From IMG/VR virus record IMGVR_UViG_3300038489_000010: 64,000 nucleotides of DNA; one strand, 5' to 3'. Under the pieces are notes generated by a model that made no database searches, had not been told where the DNA came from, and worked only from the letters and a program-made list of their open reading frames with translations. This document shows, in pieces, positions 1-14,800 of the stretch; within the stretch, counting starts at the first letter, position 1; every line of letters starts with the position of its first letter. This DNA is from an uncultured virus (IMG/VR IMGVR_UViG_3300038489_000010). Taxonomy: Duplodnaviria; Heunggongvirae; Uroviricota; Caudoviricetes. The position numbers and the translations under genes were made by a program.

Positions 1-836
1 AATTGCTTGGAGTATATAGAGATCCATTTGTTGTAAATAAACAATATACATCTGGTGGTGTTTATCCTAGATACGCAAAATATAATGAGTTTCGTGATTA
101 TAGTATTCTTGCTCCTAAAGTAAAAGATGTAAATATATCAAAAGAACTTGAAAAGAATCCCGTAAAACCAGTAACACCAGAATATAGATATAAAAGCAAT
201 AATGATGAATATGGACCATATAAGCTAAATCCATATGATTCATTATATGTTAATGGAGTAGGTGCTTTAGGAGCTATAGGACAAGCTATAGATGCTTCTG
301 GTTAGAGAATAAGTACTCCAAATCTATATGCAGCCAATCCATATGCTAGACAAGCTTTGTCTGGTATGGCTAGCGTTAAATACGATCCATATTGGGTTAG
401 ACAGTATATGCAGTAGAATAGTAGAAATACAGCATATAGACTTAATAATTAGGGTGGTTTAACAGCTGGTTAGAGATATATGGCTAGAGTTGGTGCTCAA
501 CTTGGAATGAATGAGCAGTTTGCTAAGTTAGATCAGAATATTCAAGATATTAATAATAAATATAAACTTAGTTATTACGATGCTCTTAATAGAGCAGGAC
601 AAGCTGAACAGAACGCTAGAATGACAGCAAACCAAGAGAATTATAATGCTTGGGCAGCTAGTCATAACGCTCGCGAGCAATATAAACAGATGGCTTATAA
701 GAATCTTATGAATTATCTTACACAAGCTTATAAAGATTATAGTGATGCTAAGATGTATAATGGAATGCGTAGTCTGTACTGGTAGGATCTTGATGAGAGA
801 AAAAAAGACAGATTAGCTAGATTAAATAATAGATGA
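1..836 (+). CDS. Partial late/virion-associated protein, TAG=Gln recoded (5' end outside window)
   Basis: ORF fragments 3..305 and 480..785 are in one frame, interrupted only by TAG; the first TGA is at 834-836. Confidence 0.8.
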
Positions 837-837
837 T

Positions 838-2850
838 ATGATAGTAGGAGGAGATAGAGCGATAGAGATGCCTGTTAAGGATCTCTATAATACTTAGTTA
901 ATGTTAGCATCTATTAATGCTGCTAAAGATATATACGACTATGGGTAGAAGCGCATGGATGACTTCTAGAAGACGTATGGAGACTTCTATAGTCCAATAG
1001 CTAAAGATGTTGATTATTGGTATAATAATACAACCAAACCTGTTAAAGACGCAATAGATTACCTCTATGCTAATGGTATAGACCCAACAAGATCTGCAGA
1101 AGGTAGATCTATGATATAGAGAGTTATTAGAAATGCTCCAGCAGGAGAGCTTGCAAAAGCAAGATAGAGTGCAGAGGCGGCTAAAACATATTAGAAGAAT
1201 ATGGCTATACTTCAAGCTGCAGGAAAATACAACCCTGCATACGAAGATTTTAGATTAAAAGGACGTAATTTATAGAATTGGGATACATCTGTTGATGGTG
1301 CATGGACAGAACTTAGTCCTGGAGAATATCAAACATTGCATGACTTTATTGATCCTGTACTTGATAACATTCAAGATCATTCTTTAACTCCAGATGAAGC
1401 GAAGGCTATATTTGGAAATGCATATAACCCTAATCATATGTATGAAGGTGTGACAAGAGCAGATGCTGAACGTGCTTTAGCAAACTGGTAGGCCGGTATT
1501 TCTGGTAATTCATTATATGATTTTTATATAGACCAAACAACTAAATAGCTTGATAGACTTGGATTACTTGATGGAAAAACTGATGCTGAAAGAAAAAGAA
1601 TAATAAATAATGCTTTTATAAACAATGCGGTTGATTCAGATATTGAAAGATGGAATAGGCATAAAGATCTCGGAATGACTAAAGAAGCAGAATACGCTCT
1701 TAAAGATAGATATGATCAGGCTGCAGAAACTCGTCAGTATAATAGAGATATTAATAAACTTTATATTAGCGCTGCTCTTGAAAGAGAAAATGAAAAATAT
1801 AAAGCACAGCTTGCTGGAACCGTTGACGCAAACGGTAATGCTGTAGTTTCAACAACAGGTGGAAATATTCCATATGGAGCTGCAGACGAACTTAATCGTA
1901 ACTATACGAATGCAGAAAATGCAGCATATGATAATTATGTAAACGAATACGAAGCTGGAATCAAAACAACTATTAAAGGTTTAAATAATGATTCGTTTAA
2001 GAAACATTATTATCGCATGTTTGAACTTGCAACATCTGGTAGACTTGCACAGGCTAAAAAAGAATAGAGATAGTGGATGAAATCTACAAAAGCTAAAACA
2101 GTATGGCAAAGAGATTTGTTTAACAGAATTGCTAAATTCTCATATGCAAGAACTCCTGGAAATAATTTACTTAAAGATTTCATAAATTCAGGCCCAATGA
2201 GTGTTAACTTTAGAAATCCTGACGGAAGTGTAAGAAACGAATATGACGTATTAAATGATGCTTTAAGTAAATTTAATGCATACAGAAGTGCTGATTTACA
2301 AGATTACGGAAAGGATTTGGCCGGTCTGTCTCCAACAATAGGATCCTCTACAGTATCTGATGATGTTCATTATACTGGACTTGTAGCAGAAGCTACTGGA
2401 AGTACAAATAGAGGACCATCAACAAATGCTATTGCTAGAAGACTTGACAAAGCTTTAAGACACGTATAGATATAGAGAGTAACAAATACAAAATACGGAC
2501 AAGGAGATATAAACGGTCTATATAGAATTAATGGTATGGATAAAGGGTCTGCTTACTTTGGAACAGAAAATGTTGCTATACCTATAACAAATAAAGCAGT
2601 TAATGATGTACTAAAAGATGTTGATGATGACAAATTATATAAAATGGGCATATCAAAACAGCAACTAGGAAAGAATAAAGCTCAATATTATATAATACCA
2701 ATAACAAAAGTTAATTATAACATTGACGCTGTATATAGCAGTGGAAACAGTGCTACAAGAAAGCGTCTTGGTGGAACATCAAACGCATATCCGTCACTTG
2801 GTTATGACCAAAATGCTGGACAAAATACTTTTAATAGTAGAAGACAATAA
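838..2850 (+). CDS. Putative virion cargo/ejection protein, 670 aa, TAG=Gln
   Basis: ATG 838 (MIVGGDRAIEMPVKDLY...); fragments 1675, 2077 and 2536 share its frame; TAA at 2848-2850; lies directly before the RNAP gene as in crAss-like phages. Confidence 0.8.
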
Positions 2851-2862
2851 TAATATATAAAC

Positions 2863-5800
2863 ATGAGAAAGAAAAAGAATACCGTTGCAAGATTTTAGAG
2901 TGAAGATCAAAAAGCCTTATATACAACAAAACCAAAAGGTTTTGCTAGCGATATAAGTCCTGACTAGTCTATAACATTCTCTAGAGCATCTAATATTGCA
3001 GCATCTGCGTATGATAGCTATGTCGCGTAGATGGATAGAGAGGTTAAATAGCTTGAATAGCAAGAGCGCGGTAATAACGTAAGTAAAAATACGCTGATTA
3101 GTGAAGATCCATGGTTCGGTTCTCATCATTATGCAGCATAGTAGCAAATAGGAAATATAGTTGGAAATGTAGCATACGCTATTGGATAGGCTGCAAGTAG
3201 AGCTTTTAAGTATCCAGGAGGAATTACAAAATTAATAAAAGATACTGTAAATTCTTATTTATCTAGATAGGCAAGCTCTGATGCATAGGATGCTCTTGGA
3301 GGTTAGACTAGACTACAATTTCTAGATGAAGATGATCCAAACAGTTTGTCAAATCAATGGGAAAGAGCTATAAAAGTTGACAATGAACTAGATATACTTA
3401 ATTAGCAAAGAGATAATTTAAACTAGGCTCTTGCTTAGGATTTGCCATCTGCTGACTTTTAGGGAATGTATCGTTAGCTACAAGACGTACAGCAAAGAAT
3501 AACTCAACTTAATAGAGAGAAACAAAAGCTTGCGCCTGCTAAACAAAAGTTTGAAAATCTTACAAAACAAAGTTATGATTCATATTTGACATCAGACGTA
3601 TTATAGAAACTTGGTTCTGAAAATTATTTTAACGATGAAACAACTCCATTAAGAGACGTAACATAGGATGCACTAAAGTATTTATGGAATGTATCAAATC
3701 CAAACGCTTCTGCAGAATATAAGTTACAGATGCTACAAAACGCTAGATATGCAGCTAAAAATGTAAATAAAAATTTATCTGCAATAGCAAAACATAATCA
3801 ACAGTAGGAATCTTTCTATGAAAATAGAGTAAGTAATTACTTTAAGAATAAAAGAGATACTCCAGGAATGGACTTTTTTGACCCTGATACTTATTTGTAT
3901 AAATTAAGTGGAGTAATGGGGTCTTCTGCAGGTTCTTGGAGATCGTCATTGGCTAGTGCTGGTTTATCTATTGCTGCTACTGCTGCATCAGGAGTAACTG
4001 GAGGATTATCATTAGTCGCTGCTGCGCCAATTATATATAATATAAATAAAGGTCAGGGTGTATCTGAGAATAATGCAGAAGTAATAGGCGCAGCAAGAGA
4101 TCTGTTTACATCTAAAATAGGAGGAATTGGAAGTCAAAATTATAAAAAGATAATAGACGCTGCTAAATAGCAATTTGGAGACGATGCAAAAACGTTAACA
4201 AACGAACAACTTATAGATCAATATTTAGCAGGAAACATTAGAGTTAGTGACAGTGATATACGAAATGCTAAAATAGATACATTAAAAAATGCAGATTCTT
4301 TATTTTAGCACGATATGGTTGCAACGACTGGAGATGCAATCATTGATACAGCATTGTCTGTAATGCCAATAGGAAAACTTTCTGGTTTGTCAAGATTATA
4401 TCCAATAAAGTATGCAAGAGTAAATGCAAAACTTGCAGCTAGAAATTTAGTAAAAAGTTCTGAGCTTGCTGGAAATATTGCAAAAAGAGCATAGGAATTT
4501 GGTAAATTTGGTGGACTTCTTGGTATTGGAGGATATGGTGCAGGAGCTATATTTGGAACTGCAGAAGGCGCTCTAGAAACTGGAGCTAAAAAAATATCAA
4601 CAGTTATTGGAGGTTCTGAATTAGGAGATCTTGGAAAAGCAGTATTTGATAAAGTCGAAAGAGCTAGGAATTATCTTGGAAAAGCTATAACTTCAAAAAG
4701 ACTTAGAGAAGTAGCAAAGGATGCGTGGAATTCTCCAAAAGGACTAACAACAAGAAAATTTGTTAAAGATTATGGAGGAAGACTTATAACTTCTAGAATT
4801 AGTGAAGGTATTGAAGAAGGTAAATAGCATTAGTATGCATAGGATTTTAAAAATGAAGTATTAGATTAGGATCCTACGTTTGCTTCTATTTTAGCAGATG
4901 ATCTTGTTAACGGACTTGATATTGCATATGATATTGCAAGAATACCATTAGATGGGCATTTCGGAATAACTATAAAAGATCAAGATAGACTAGCTGAAAT
5001 AAAAGGGGGTATGTTAGCATTTCAGCCTGTTAACTTTGTTAATGCTGTATAGGATGTATCTCCGTATATACAAGAAATGAGAGCTGATGATGCAATTATG
5101 AATAATTTAATTGCAGATAAAACAGAAGCTCTTGACCTATTTTCTAAAGATAAAAACTATCTTAGACATGGTTTATTCCAGCCAGGTTATAAAGCCTTTA
5201 ATGATGCATTTGATACAATAAAAAAATACAATCAACAACACAAAGATACAACTGGAAATTGGGGTATTGCTCCAGAACTGATAGATGATGAGCAGAATAG
5301 AATGAGATCTGTTTTGGCTTCTGCAAATGATCCATCGAGTAAATCTGAAGCTATAGCTATGGGTATAAAACCAGATAGGTCAAATCCTGAATACCAGGAT
5401 TTTCTTGCTGTTAAATCAGAAGTCTGGAGGAAATATGACAAAGAAGCAGAAGTATATAATAATGTACTATCAGACGCAAAGAATGAAATAGATAAGGTAA
5501 AGTCTGATTATATACAAAATGCAAGGAATCAGCATGCAAAACCAGAAGATATTGATGAAGAAGATGTAGACCCAACTTAGACAAATGCCGCTGAGAATAT
5601 TAAAAATGAAAATCTATTAAATCAAAAAGTACAATATAGTGACATTCTTGCTAGAATGCAAGCTCTTCTTAATATAAAGAAAAGACTTGATGAGGTAACG
5701 CATATTGCGACAATTGATAATAAAGTAAAGAATGGATTACAAAAGTATTATAAACGTATAAATAAAGAATTAGACGAAATACGATCTAAAGCAACAATTC

Positions 5801-8800
5801 TTGCAAGAACTTATAATTCAGTAGATTATAAAGATCTTGGAAAAATAGATCTTCATTCAGGATAGACTGTAAATACAATTGATGATCTGTCAAAACTTAT
5901 TGTTGATAAAACATTGCATGATAAACTTTCCGATCAATACGAACGTATATATAAGCAAGCTCAGAATGTATATAATGCAAGCGATACACTTGAATATGCA
6001 TTAGGCAAAAAAGATAAAGACGGAAATATAGAAAAAGCAGGTCATGCAAAAACTATACTAAAAAAGATAGAAGATACAGCAAAAGCTGATAATGACTTCT
6101 ATGATGCAATGGATTACCATATAGCCGAAGATGAAGAAATAAATGAATATGGAGATCAACATGTTTATGATGATTATAGAGGCACTAATCAAAATGGATG
6201 GTCAACTGCAAACTTTAATGAACAATTTGGAGAAGATACATTATAGTATGGTTATAGTACAAAACCAGTATTCGGAGAATGGGATGATAACGGAAAAACG
6301 CAAGCCAAAGAGGATTTTGATAGCGCAATAAATGGTATAGGAATACAAGTTAATCCAAAAGGAGTTGTTGAGCGTGGATTAAAAGATACTCTTGATATAA
6401 TTGCAAAATAGTAGAAGCAAGCTGAAATAGATGCAAAATATCCAGATTAGTAGAAAGAAGAATATTAGGAATTCGGAGATGCTGTAAATGGAGAAAACCC
6501 AAATGCAATGCCATTAGACGAATTTATTCCAAAGAGAACAATCGATAATGCAAAAGCTAAAGTTCTGCATAATGTACGGTAGGATTTCGAGGCAACATCT
6601 GAGATGACAGATTTGGTTTACGATGGTACAAAACGCGTGATTAAATCAAATAAAGGAAAAGGAAAAGGGAAATATTATGTACTTGAACTTAAAAATGGTA
6701 AGTTTAAACGTAATTATAATCTTGACCCAAAACTTATTACTAAATATACTAAAGTTCCAGTAACAGGATTTATATTAGTATCAGAAGGTGAGCTGTAGAC
6801 GCAAACTAGACCTAGCAAACAAAAACATACTAATAAAATTGTAAATTTACCAGCAATAATTTATAATCATCAATTTGGAGATCTACAAGGAAATGATCCT
6901 CAACTTGAAACGTTACAGAGATTGTAGAAAAAACTATAGCAAGATAAAAATATTGTTATAAAATAGAAGCCAGGAAGTGATGTAAACGGAAAATATGATA
7001 CAACAAGTAGATCTTACTTTACAATAGAACCTAATGGTAAAGTTGTAAGACGTAGACGTGTACATGCTGTATTGCTTGATCAATATGTACATTCTGATGA
7101 AGAAGAACGAGTAGCTAAATACAATAGTAAACTAGACACGTTTTTAAATGTAAGAGATATAATAGATTATATAGATAATTGGATTAAAAATATTGCTGAC
7201 AATTCTGTTTCTGAAGATTTATGGGCATCGCAAATACATGATCTAGAAGTATATAAGACATATTTAAAAGATAACTAGACATAGTTTAATAATAATATTA
7301 GAGACGATGAGGTGCTAGGTACTCTTGATGATATTTCTCATATTATGGGATCTGGAACTATAGGCATATCTGTTATACCAGGTAATATATGCGACGAAAT
7401 AACTCGATATTTCTTCTCTAGTAAAGACGTATATTATAATTTTAAAAATAATAAAGAATAGGCTGTTGCAGAACTCGCAGAAATGTCTCCATCTTTTTAG
7501 CCAGGAAGACCATATAAAGAATGGTTTAAAGATAGAGATTGTCTTAGTGACTTTGTAGATCAGTTAATAGCAATAAAAGAAAACTTTGATAAATTAGGAT
7601 GGGTTATGTCTTCTGAGCCATATACATGGATGGGAGATTTTGAAGGAGTTGGAAAAATAGCTGGAGAAACAGACTTAATTGGAGTTGATAAAGCTGGATA
7701 TATACATATAATAGATATAAAAACTTCTTATACTGGTTTTAGAAACAAAAATACACTTAATTTTAGCGCAACTATTGATGCAAGAAAAAATCTTACAGTT
7801 GATGATATAGTTCTAAATACTAAAAAAGCTCGTAATTTTAAAAAAGAATTGTCTAATAAGTATCATTGTCGCATTGTATTTAAAGTTAATGATGATAACT
7901 AGATTGATGCAATGTCAAAAACTAGTACATTTTATGATCTAACAAATCAAAATTATGGATAGGTTAGAAGTAAATATAATTATTATACAGATCAATAGAA
8001 TGCTTATGCTGCAATGATAACACAATCTTCGTTTAATGTTAAATCAATAGAATTACTTCCATTTAAAGCAGAATATCAAGCAGCAAATGGATATGGAGTA
8101 AAATATATTAGCGCATTTAAGAATTTTGACGAAGGAGAATAGCCAATGCGGCTTATGTTGTTGATGCATAATTTAAATTGGGAAAATCAAACAACAATAC
8201 CATAGAGTGCTATAGATTATTATAATAAAGTAGATTATAACTTTAAAGAGGCAGATATATTATCAAATAGAGCTGATTAGATAATAAACGAACTTGATGG
8301 AATTGCAGGACTTTTGTCAGGATCAATTTCAAATATTGTTGCAGACTATATAGATAAATTGAGAGATTCTATTTATAATTATCATCAATTTATAGAATAT
8401 GGTCAAGATCCATATACAAATGTTGATGCATACGATAACTTAGACGCTATTGTACAGGATTTAAATAATCTTATAGATTTTAGAGATAATGCTATTAATA
8501 TATTGCAGTCACAATAGGATTATGAGAGAAAAATGGATGCATATATGGCTGATTATGACGCTTATTAGAGATGGCTTAATGATTAGACTGCAGATTCATC
8601 AGAAGAACCGACAACGCCTCAAGAATAGCCTAAAACACAACAAAAACCAATTCAATCAGGGTATCAATATGTTCAATCAAAGACACATACTGGAGCTGTT
8701 GGAAAAACTAATCTTTATTATAGAAACATAAACGACAATCCTGATTTAGCTCAAATAACATCATTACCTGATTTTATAACAAATTCTACTGTTACAGTAT

Positions 8801-11800
8801 ATGATAATAAAGGTTTACTGTTTTGTGATATTAAATACCATGGAAAATCTTATAATAAAATACTAATTACAACAGATATAAAACGTGGTATAAAATCAGA
8901 GGCAGGATTAAAATTGCTTCAACAATATGAAGAACTTAAATCTAGATTACAGCCAGGATAGTATATAATTGCAAATCCAAGTACTATAAGTAGAACAAAG
9001 GGAAGAATAGTAGTACATTACGAAAATGGAAATGTCGTAAAAAGAAGTCTTATGTCTACAGATCTTATTGGATCTGGACAAAATGCTATTTATGATGTAG
9101 AAATGTCTCAAAAATATGGATTAGCTGGATATGTTGATAAAGGTCAGGCTGTAACATGGGGAGAAAGTGATTCTCAGAATATTCCTTTAGATGTATAGAT
9201 GAGACCTGGTGTTGATGCAACACAAGATGGAACATTTATATGGATAAAAGAAATACATCATAACGAAAATAATAAAGACGAAAAAATACCTGTAGCAGTA
9301 TAGAAGAAAAAATTCTCAAAAGCAGATATAGGCTTTATTATCGATCTATTATCAAATCCTGAAAAACGTAATAGTAAATTTATAGATGAAGATGGTAAGG
9401 AAACAAATATAACTTACAGACAATTATTAAATCTATTATTTCCAATTGCAGAATCTACAAAAGATGTTTTGACAGGTAGTGGAAATATGGTAAAAATACA
9501 ACTACTTGGAACAAATAATTCGTCAGATGGTGCTGCATATAGTACTCGTGTTGCTTTAAGAAATAGTACAGATGTTGCTACAAATCAACTTGATCCTAGC
9601 AATGTATTCGATATGTCAAATGAAGATGATAAAAAGCGTTTTGCAAAGCAATTTGAACAATTAACTATACCTGAGTAGCATAGAGTTATGAGCGCAAGAC
9701 TTGGATTAGATGAAGATCCATCGCTTCCATTTAAATCTATAAGAGACTACTTTGTTAAAAAATCAAAAACAGGCGAACCTAAAAAATCGTTGTCGATAAA
9801 ATATAATGGAGATGATACATCTTTACAATTTGATATGTCTGATTTTGCAACTGTTAATGGCGAGTCTGGTATAACTCATCATGGACTTAGCGGATTAGGA
9901 TGGTATGTAAAACATAATATATTTGAGACAGAGTACGATCATATTGGAGCATCAAATGTTACTATTGGAGATCTTGTTATAACAGATGATAAAGATGATA
10001 TTAATAACAATGGAGTTGGTACAGGCACAGTTCCACAAATGCCATCTGATGAAGATATTATAGATGATGGATATGTTGAAGCAGACGTTGATGACATAAA
10101 CGATGATTGGGGTGCACCTAAGATAATACTAATAGAAGACTTAAAGAAAGTAAAGAAACGCGTTACAAAAAGTACTGCTGAAAATCGATTAGAACAATTG
10201 TTTGGTAAATAGTTCTGTAAAGATCATTTGAATGTAGACAATACTATAAAAGAAGTTATTGATGGTATATTTGCTTCAAAAAAAGCTGCACTTGTTGGTA
10301 ATTGTACAGAAGATTGCATTTGGGTTAGTCAGTATGCACCAGATGGAGTTGAATGGCATGAATCTTTACATAGAATACTTGAATTATTAACATCAAAAGA
10401 AGAGCATGACAAGCTATACAAAATAATAGCAAAAAATCATGGTATAACATATGCTGAAGATGATAATACGCAGAAAACTATCGGAGAATTAGCTGCAGAT
10501 GATTATATGGCTTATGCTTCTGGATATTGGGTGCCAAATAACAAACTTCTTAAATATGTTGCTAAAATATTCAACATAGCTAGAGATTATGTTAATGTAT
10601 TTACTAATTGGAATGATAGGGCTATATATAAAATGTACGCAAGAGCTATGCGTGGTAAATACAAAAACACAAAGCCATCTCAAGAAATGCTTGAAAGATT
10701 CCATAGGATATATCCAGACGGTGCTCATTACGAAATACATGGACAAAGTTTTGATAGCATAGTTAATGGAGCAATGTATGACAAACTTAAATAGTCTGTG
10801 TTATATGTTATAACAAGAGGAATGGAAGTTGATCCTACAGGAAGAAACATTAACGAACTTGGTCATAATATAACAAAAGCAACATTTAAAGATGGAATTG
10901 ATAGTTTACTAAATGCTGATCAACCAATTGATATAATAGGTCAAAAAACAGATAGTCCAAGTGCAGGATAGCTTGCTATGCGAGAAATATTTGATAATTT
11001 CGATAGCAACGAAGGTTTAAGAGAAGATATTGCAAATACACTTCAATTAATAGCTACAGACTATAATACTATACAAGAAGAACAAGATAAGGACGATCTT
11101 GACGCAGGAGAAGTTGCAACAGCTGATCCTAGTGATCATACTAGATAGGCATTTGAATTCTCTCCATTTACAAGAACAACATCTAGAGTTAGATTTTTCT
11201 TTGCAACAATACCAGAGCAAACGTGGCAAGAACAAGAGAAGATATACAAAGACAAACGAGATGGAAAGATGCATAGAAAAACAGTTCTCGTTCCTGTTAT
11301 GAAATTAAATGATCTTGGACTACCTTAGTTCGCTCCAGCAGGATATATATTCAATGATATATTATCATTATTGCACGATTGTGATACAGATGCAGAAATA
11401 TTACATGGAGTAGCTGTTGCTGCAAAGTAGAATCCTACATACATGATTCTATATAAGCGTCTTAAAAAGATATATGATGCTGTACAAAATACTGATAATC
11501 CAGATACTGAGGCATTATGGGTTCAACTAAGAACTTAGATACAAAATCATAAATATACATTTGAGCTTGCAAAAGCTACAAACTTAAATTAGCCAGAAAG
11601 TCAGTTTGGAACATATAGTATTCAGATGCAGTCTACTGATACTGATTATAATGCAAAACATTATCCATTACAATGGGGTTCAATGCTGGCAAATGGAGGT
11701 ACTCCACTTATAAAAATAGATGCAACTGGAAAACGTATTATAAATCCAAAAAGTCCTAAATATGCATATCAATTTAAAGCTATACATGATTTGTTTGATA

Positions 11801-14800
11801 GTAGTAAAGATGCTGGAAAATCAGACAACGGTGTAACTATACGTATTGAAGGATTGAAACAATGGCTATAGAATGCAACTAGCGAAAGTAGTATAATATC
11901 ATATTTCCCAATTAAGCAACTAGATAAAGCTAAATTAAGAGAAGGCAAAACTGTTTATAAGACTAAATATCTTACTGATCCTAAAAATCCAGGAATATTA
12001 TAGCTTGTTAAGGATAGAATAGTATAGGCGTTAAACACTGTTGGAATAAATATGAACAGTGCAGAGTTTGAATATATGTTAGTACATAAATACGGTACGT
12101 CTGACTATACTGCTTTGCAAAAGATGGTAAACTCAAAAGATATTAGCGATTCAATGACGTCATTCTTAGACTTCTTAAATTCAGTTGTAACTCAAGAAGG
12201 ATAGCTTAATTTAAGTTCTGATGGTAAGTTCAATATAAATGGAAAACATATAGCAATAGATCAAATATATACTAAGTTTGCATTTACAAAAGAACTAGCT
12301 AATTGGAAATATCAGTATAGGCATGCTCATGATTAGTTAATGGTACTTGCTACTAATAATAATAAATATTATCTAATATCGCAAAATAACTATTTAACAG
12401 ATGTTGCTAGAGATTTAAATAAACGTGGCGAAGAATATCAGAGATTAACATCAGGAAATGATGTATATACATATAAAGAAGATTCTGTTCCAATAGATGA
12501 AAACGGAAATTAGATAGGAATTGCTGATTACGAAGGATCGTACGTTCTTCATGAAATGAGGAAGGATGACCAATCTGGTAAACATAGGCAGATTGGTTTT
12601 ATAAATATAGCAGGATTTAAAACTGATAAGTTTGGAGACGAAGGAGAAGATTACTTCTAGATGCAAAGAGTTGAAGATGTTATCATGAAAATAGCACTTC
12701 TGCAAAATGGTGATATTATATCTCCTACAAGGTCAGATAAAAAATCATGGTCAGTTTTAAGAGGTATAAAATTACCTGGATTTGATTATACGCAAAGCGT
12801 AGATGGGCAAGGTAATATTGTTGCAAATCCTACATTTAATAGTCTTGATGTTAAATTACTACTTCAAGATGTTGCAACATCTAGACCAATGCTTTAGTAG
12901 AATGACGACATTCTTGAAACATTCTTAAGATATGCATATGCAGAATATGATTCTATTAAAACCGCAGATAAACAGCTTGACTATTTTGAAGCAAACGGTA
13001 TTGATAAAAAGTATTCTGTAGACAACTATTTTAAAAAAGAACAAGGTGCTAGATTTGCTTAGCTTTTAGGTATATATGACGATGATGGTAACTTTATAAG
13101 TTTTAATAACAACAAACATAGCAGAAAAGAAGATATAAAAATAGCTGAAGATTACTTCTTTGAGCCAAAAGTATTTGATAAAAATGGTAATGCCATTGCT
13201 ATTAGGTTCGATAATGAAGATGATAAACGCAGGTACCAGAAAACTCTTATAGCAAGAAACCTGATGGCTGTATGCGATAAAGAGTTGAAGAATTTGGAAG
13301 AACTTGGGCTTATAAAGAAGTTAGATACTAATGACATTGATTATTTCTCTTATGAAAACGTAGGTCTTGACGCAAAACAAATACAATCTATATACAAATC
13401 TATTCCAGTACCAGAAAAAGATGATGCAACTAAATCTAGAAGACGTAGATCATTAGCATTGTGCTTATATGTAAATGATATAAGTAATAAATCATTAATG
13501 TCTGGAATTGAATTTGAGAAACTATTTGCAGGTAATCCTTCTTTCTATAAGTGGAAATATGATGATGATGGTAATCTCGTTGATAGAACTGTAGACGAAC
13601 TTAAACGTGCAGGAGGAGAAGGTTCTACAGGCGTAAACAACTATATTGAACTTAAAAACGTTCCTAAAAAATATGTTAAAAATGGAATGTTCACTGGTAA
13701 ATATGTTTGTGCAGAAATAGATAACGAAGAAATAAAATCTCCACAGTATGATATGTTAAAAGAAACTATGGAAACTAGTATGATTCGTCAATCTGTAATT
13801 AATAAATTAACTGATAATGAAATTAATTAGTTTGAAAAATCTGCAGAATATAAATATATGTCAAAAGAATAGGCATACAACGAAGAGCAACAGATTAGAG
13901 ATGATATTTCTAATAATATTGATAATATAAATGATATTAACGAAATATCATTTATATTATCTGATGATGAGCTTAATCTTGCCAAAGAAAGAGCAAAACA
14001 AGCATCAGATTCTTATATAGAAGGTATTGATGTTGCTGATGGAGCTGCATATATTACAGACGATATGTGCGAGATGCTTCTTAGAGAAATCGGAGTATAC
14101 AGTAATGATATACAAGAAGCATTTAGAATACTTAGAAGTAAATCTACGGATAATATTCTAAAGAAAGCGTCTGCTTATCAAAAAGTAGTTACAACTGTTA
14201 TTGGAACTTAGAAATATACAGCATTTGGACGACGAATTGATCCTAATACTGGTTTATTGACTGTTTATTATAATAAATATGCGTTATTCCCATTGTTTGA
14301 ATGTATGGCTACTGGTAAAATGTCTAACATATATCATGCAATGAAAAATCAAGGCGTTGATATGTGTATGATTAAGTCTGCTGTAAAAGTTGGATCTCAA
14401 GGAGCATAGAAGATAGATTGGAATAACTATAAACAAACAGATGATAACTCAGATACAAGACCAGAATTTGCAACGTCGTTTAAGTTCAATACATATGAAC
14501 AAGAGTTTAAGTACTTAAGGAAGCAGTTGAATACAGATCCAACTGAAGAAAAGTATATGAATATGGGTACATAGATGACGAAGGTAGTATTTTCAAATCT
14601 TGTTCCAGGTCGTGTATATAAAATGAGAGACGGATCTGTTAAAACAGGGCGTCTAATACTAGATTAGATAATGGGTGCAATGAATTCTTTATCTAATAAT
14701 GGAGTAAAAAAAATAGACAAGTCGTTCTATAGCATAACAAAAGATAAAGATGGAAACATCATAGCACATACTGCAGATCCTAATAAATTTGTAAGAGAAA

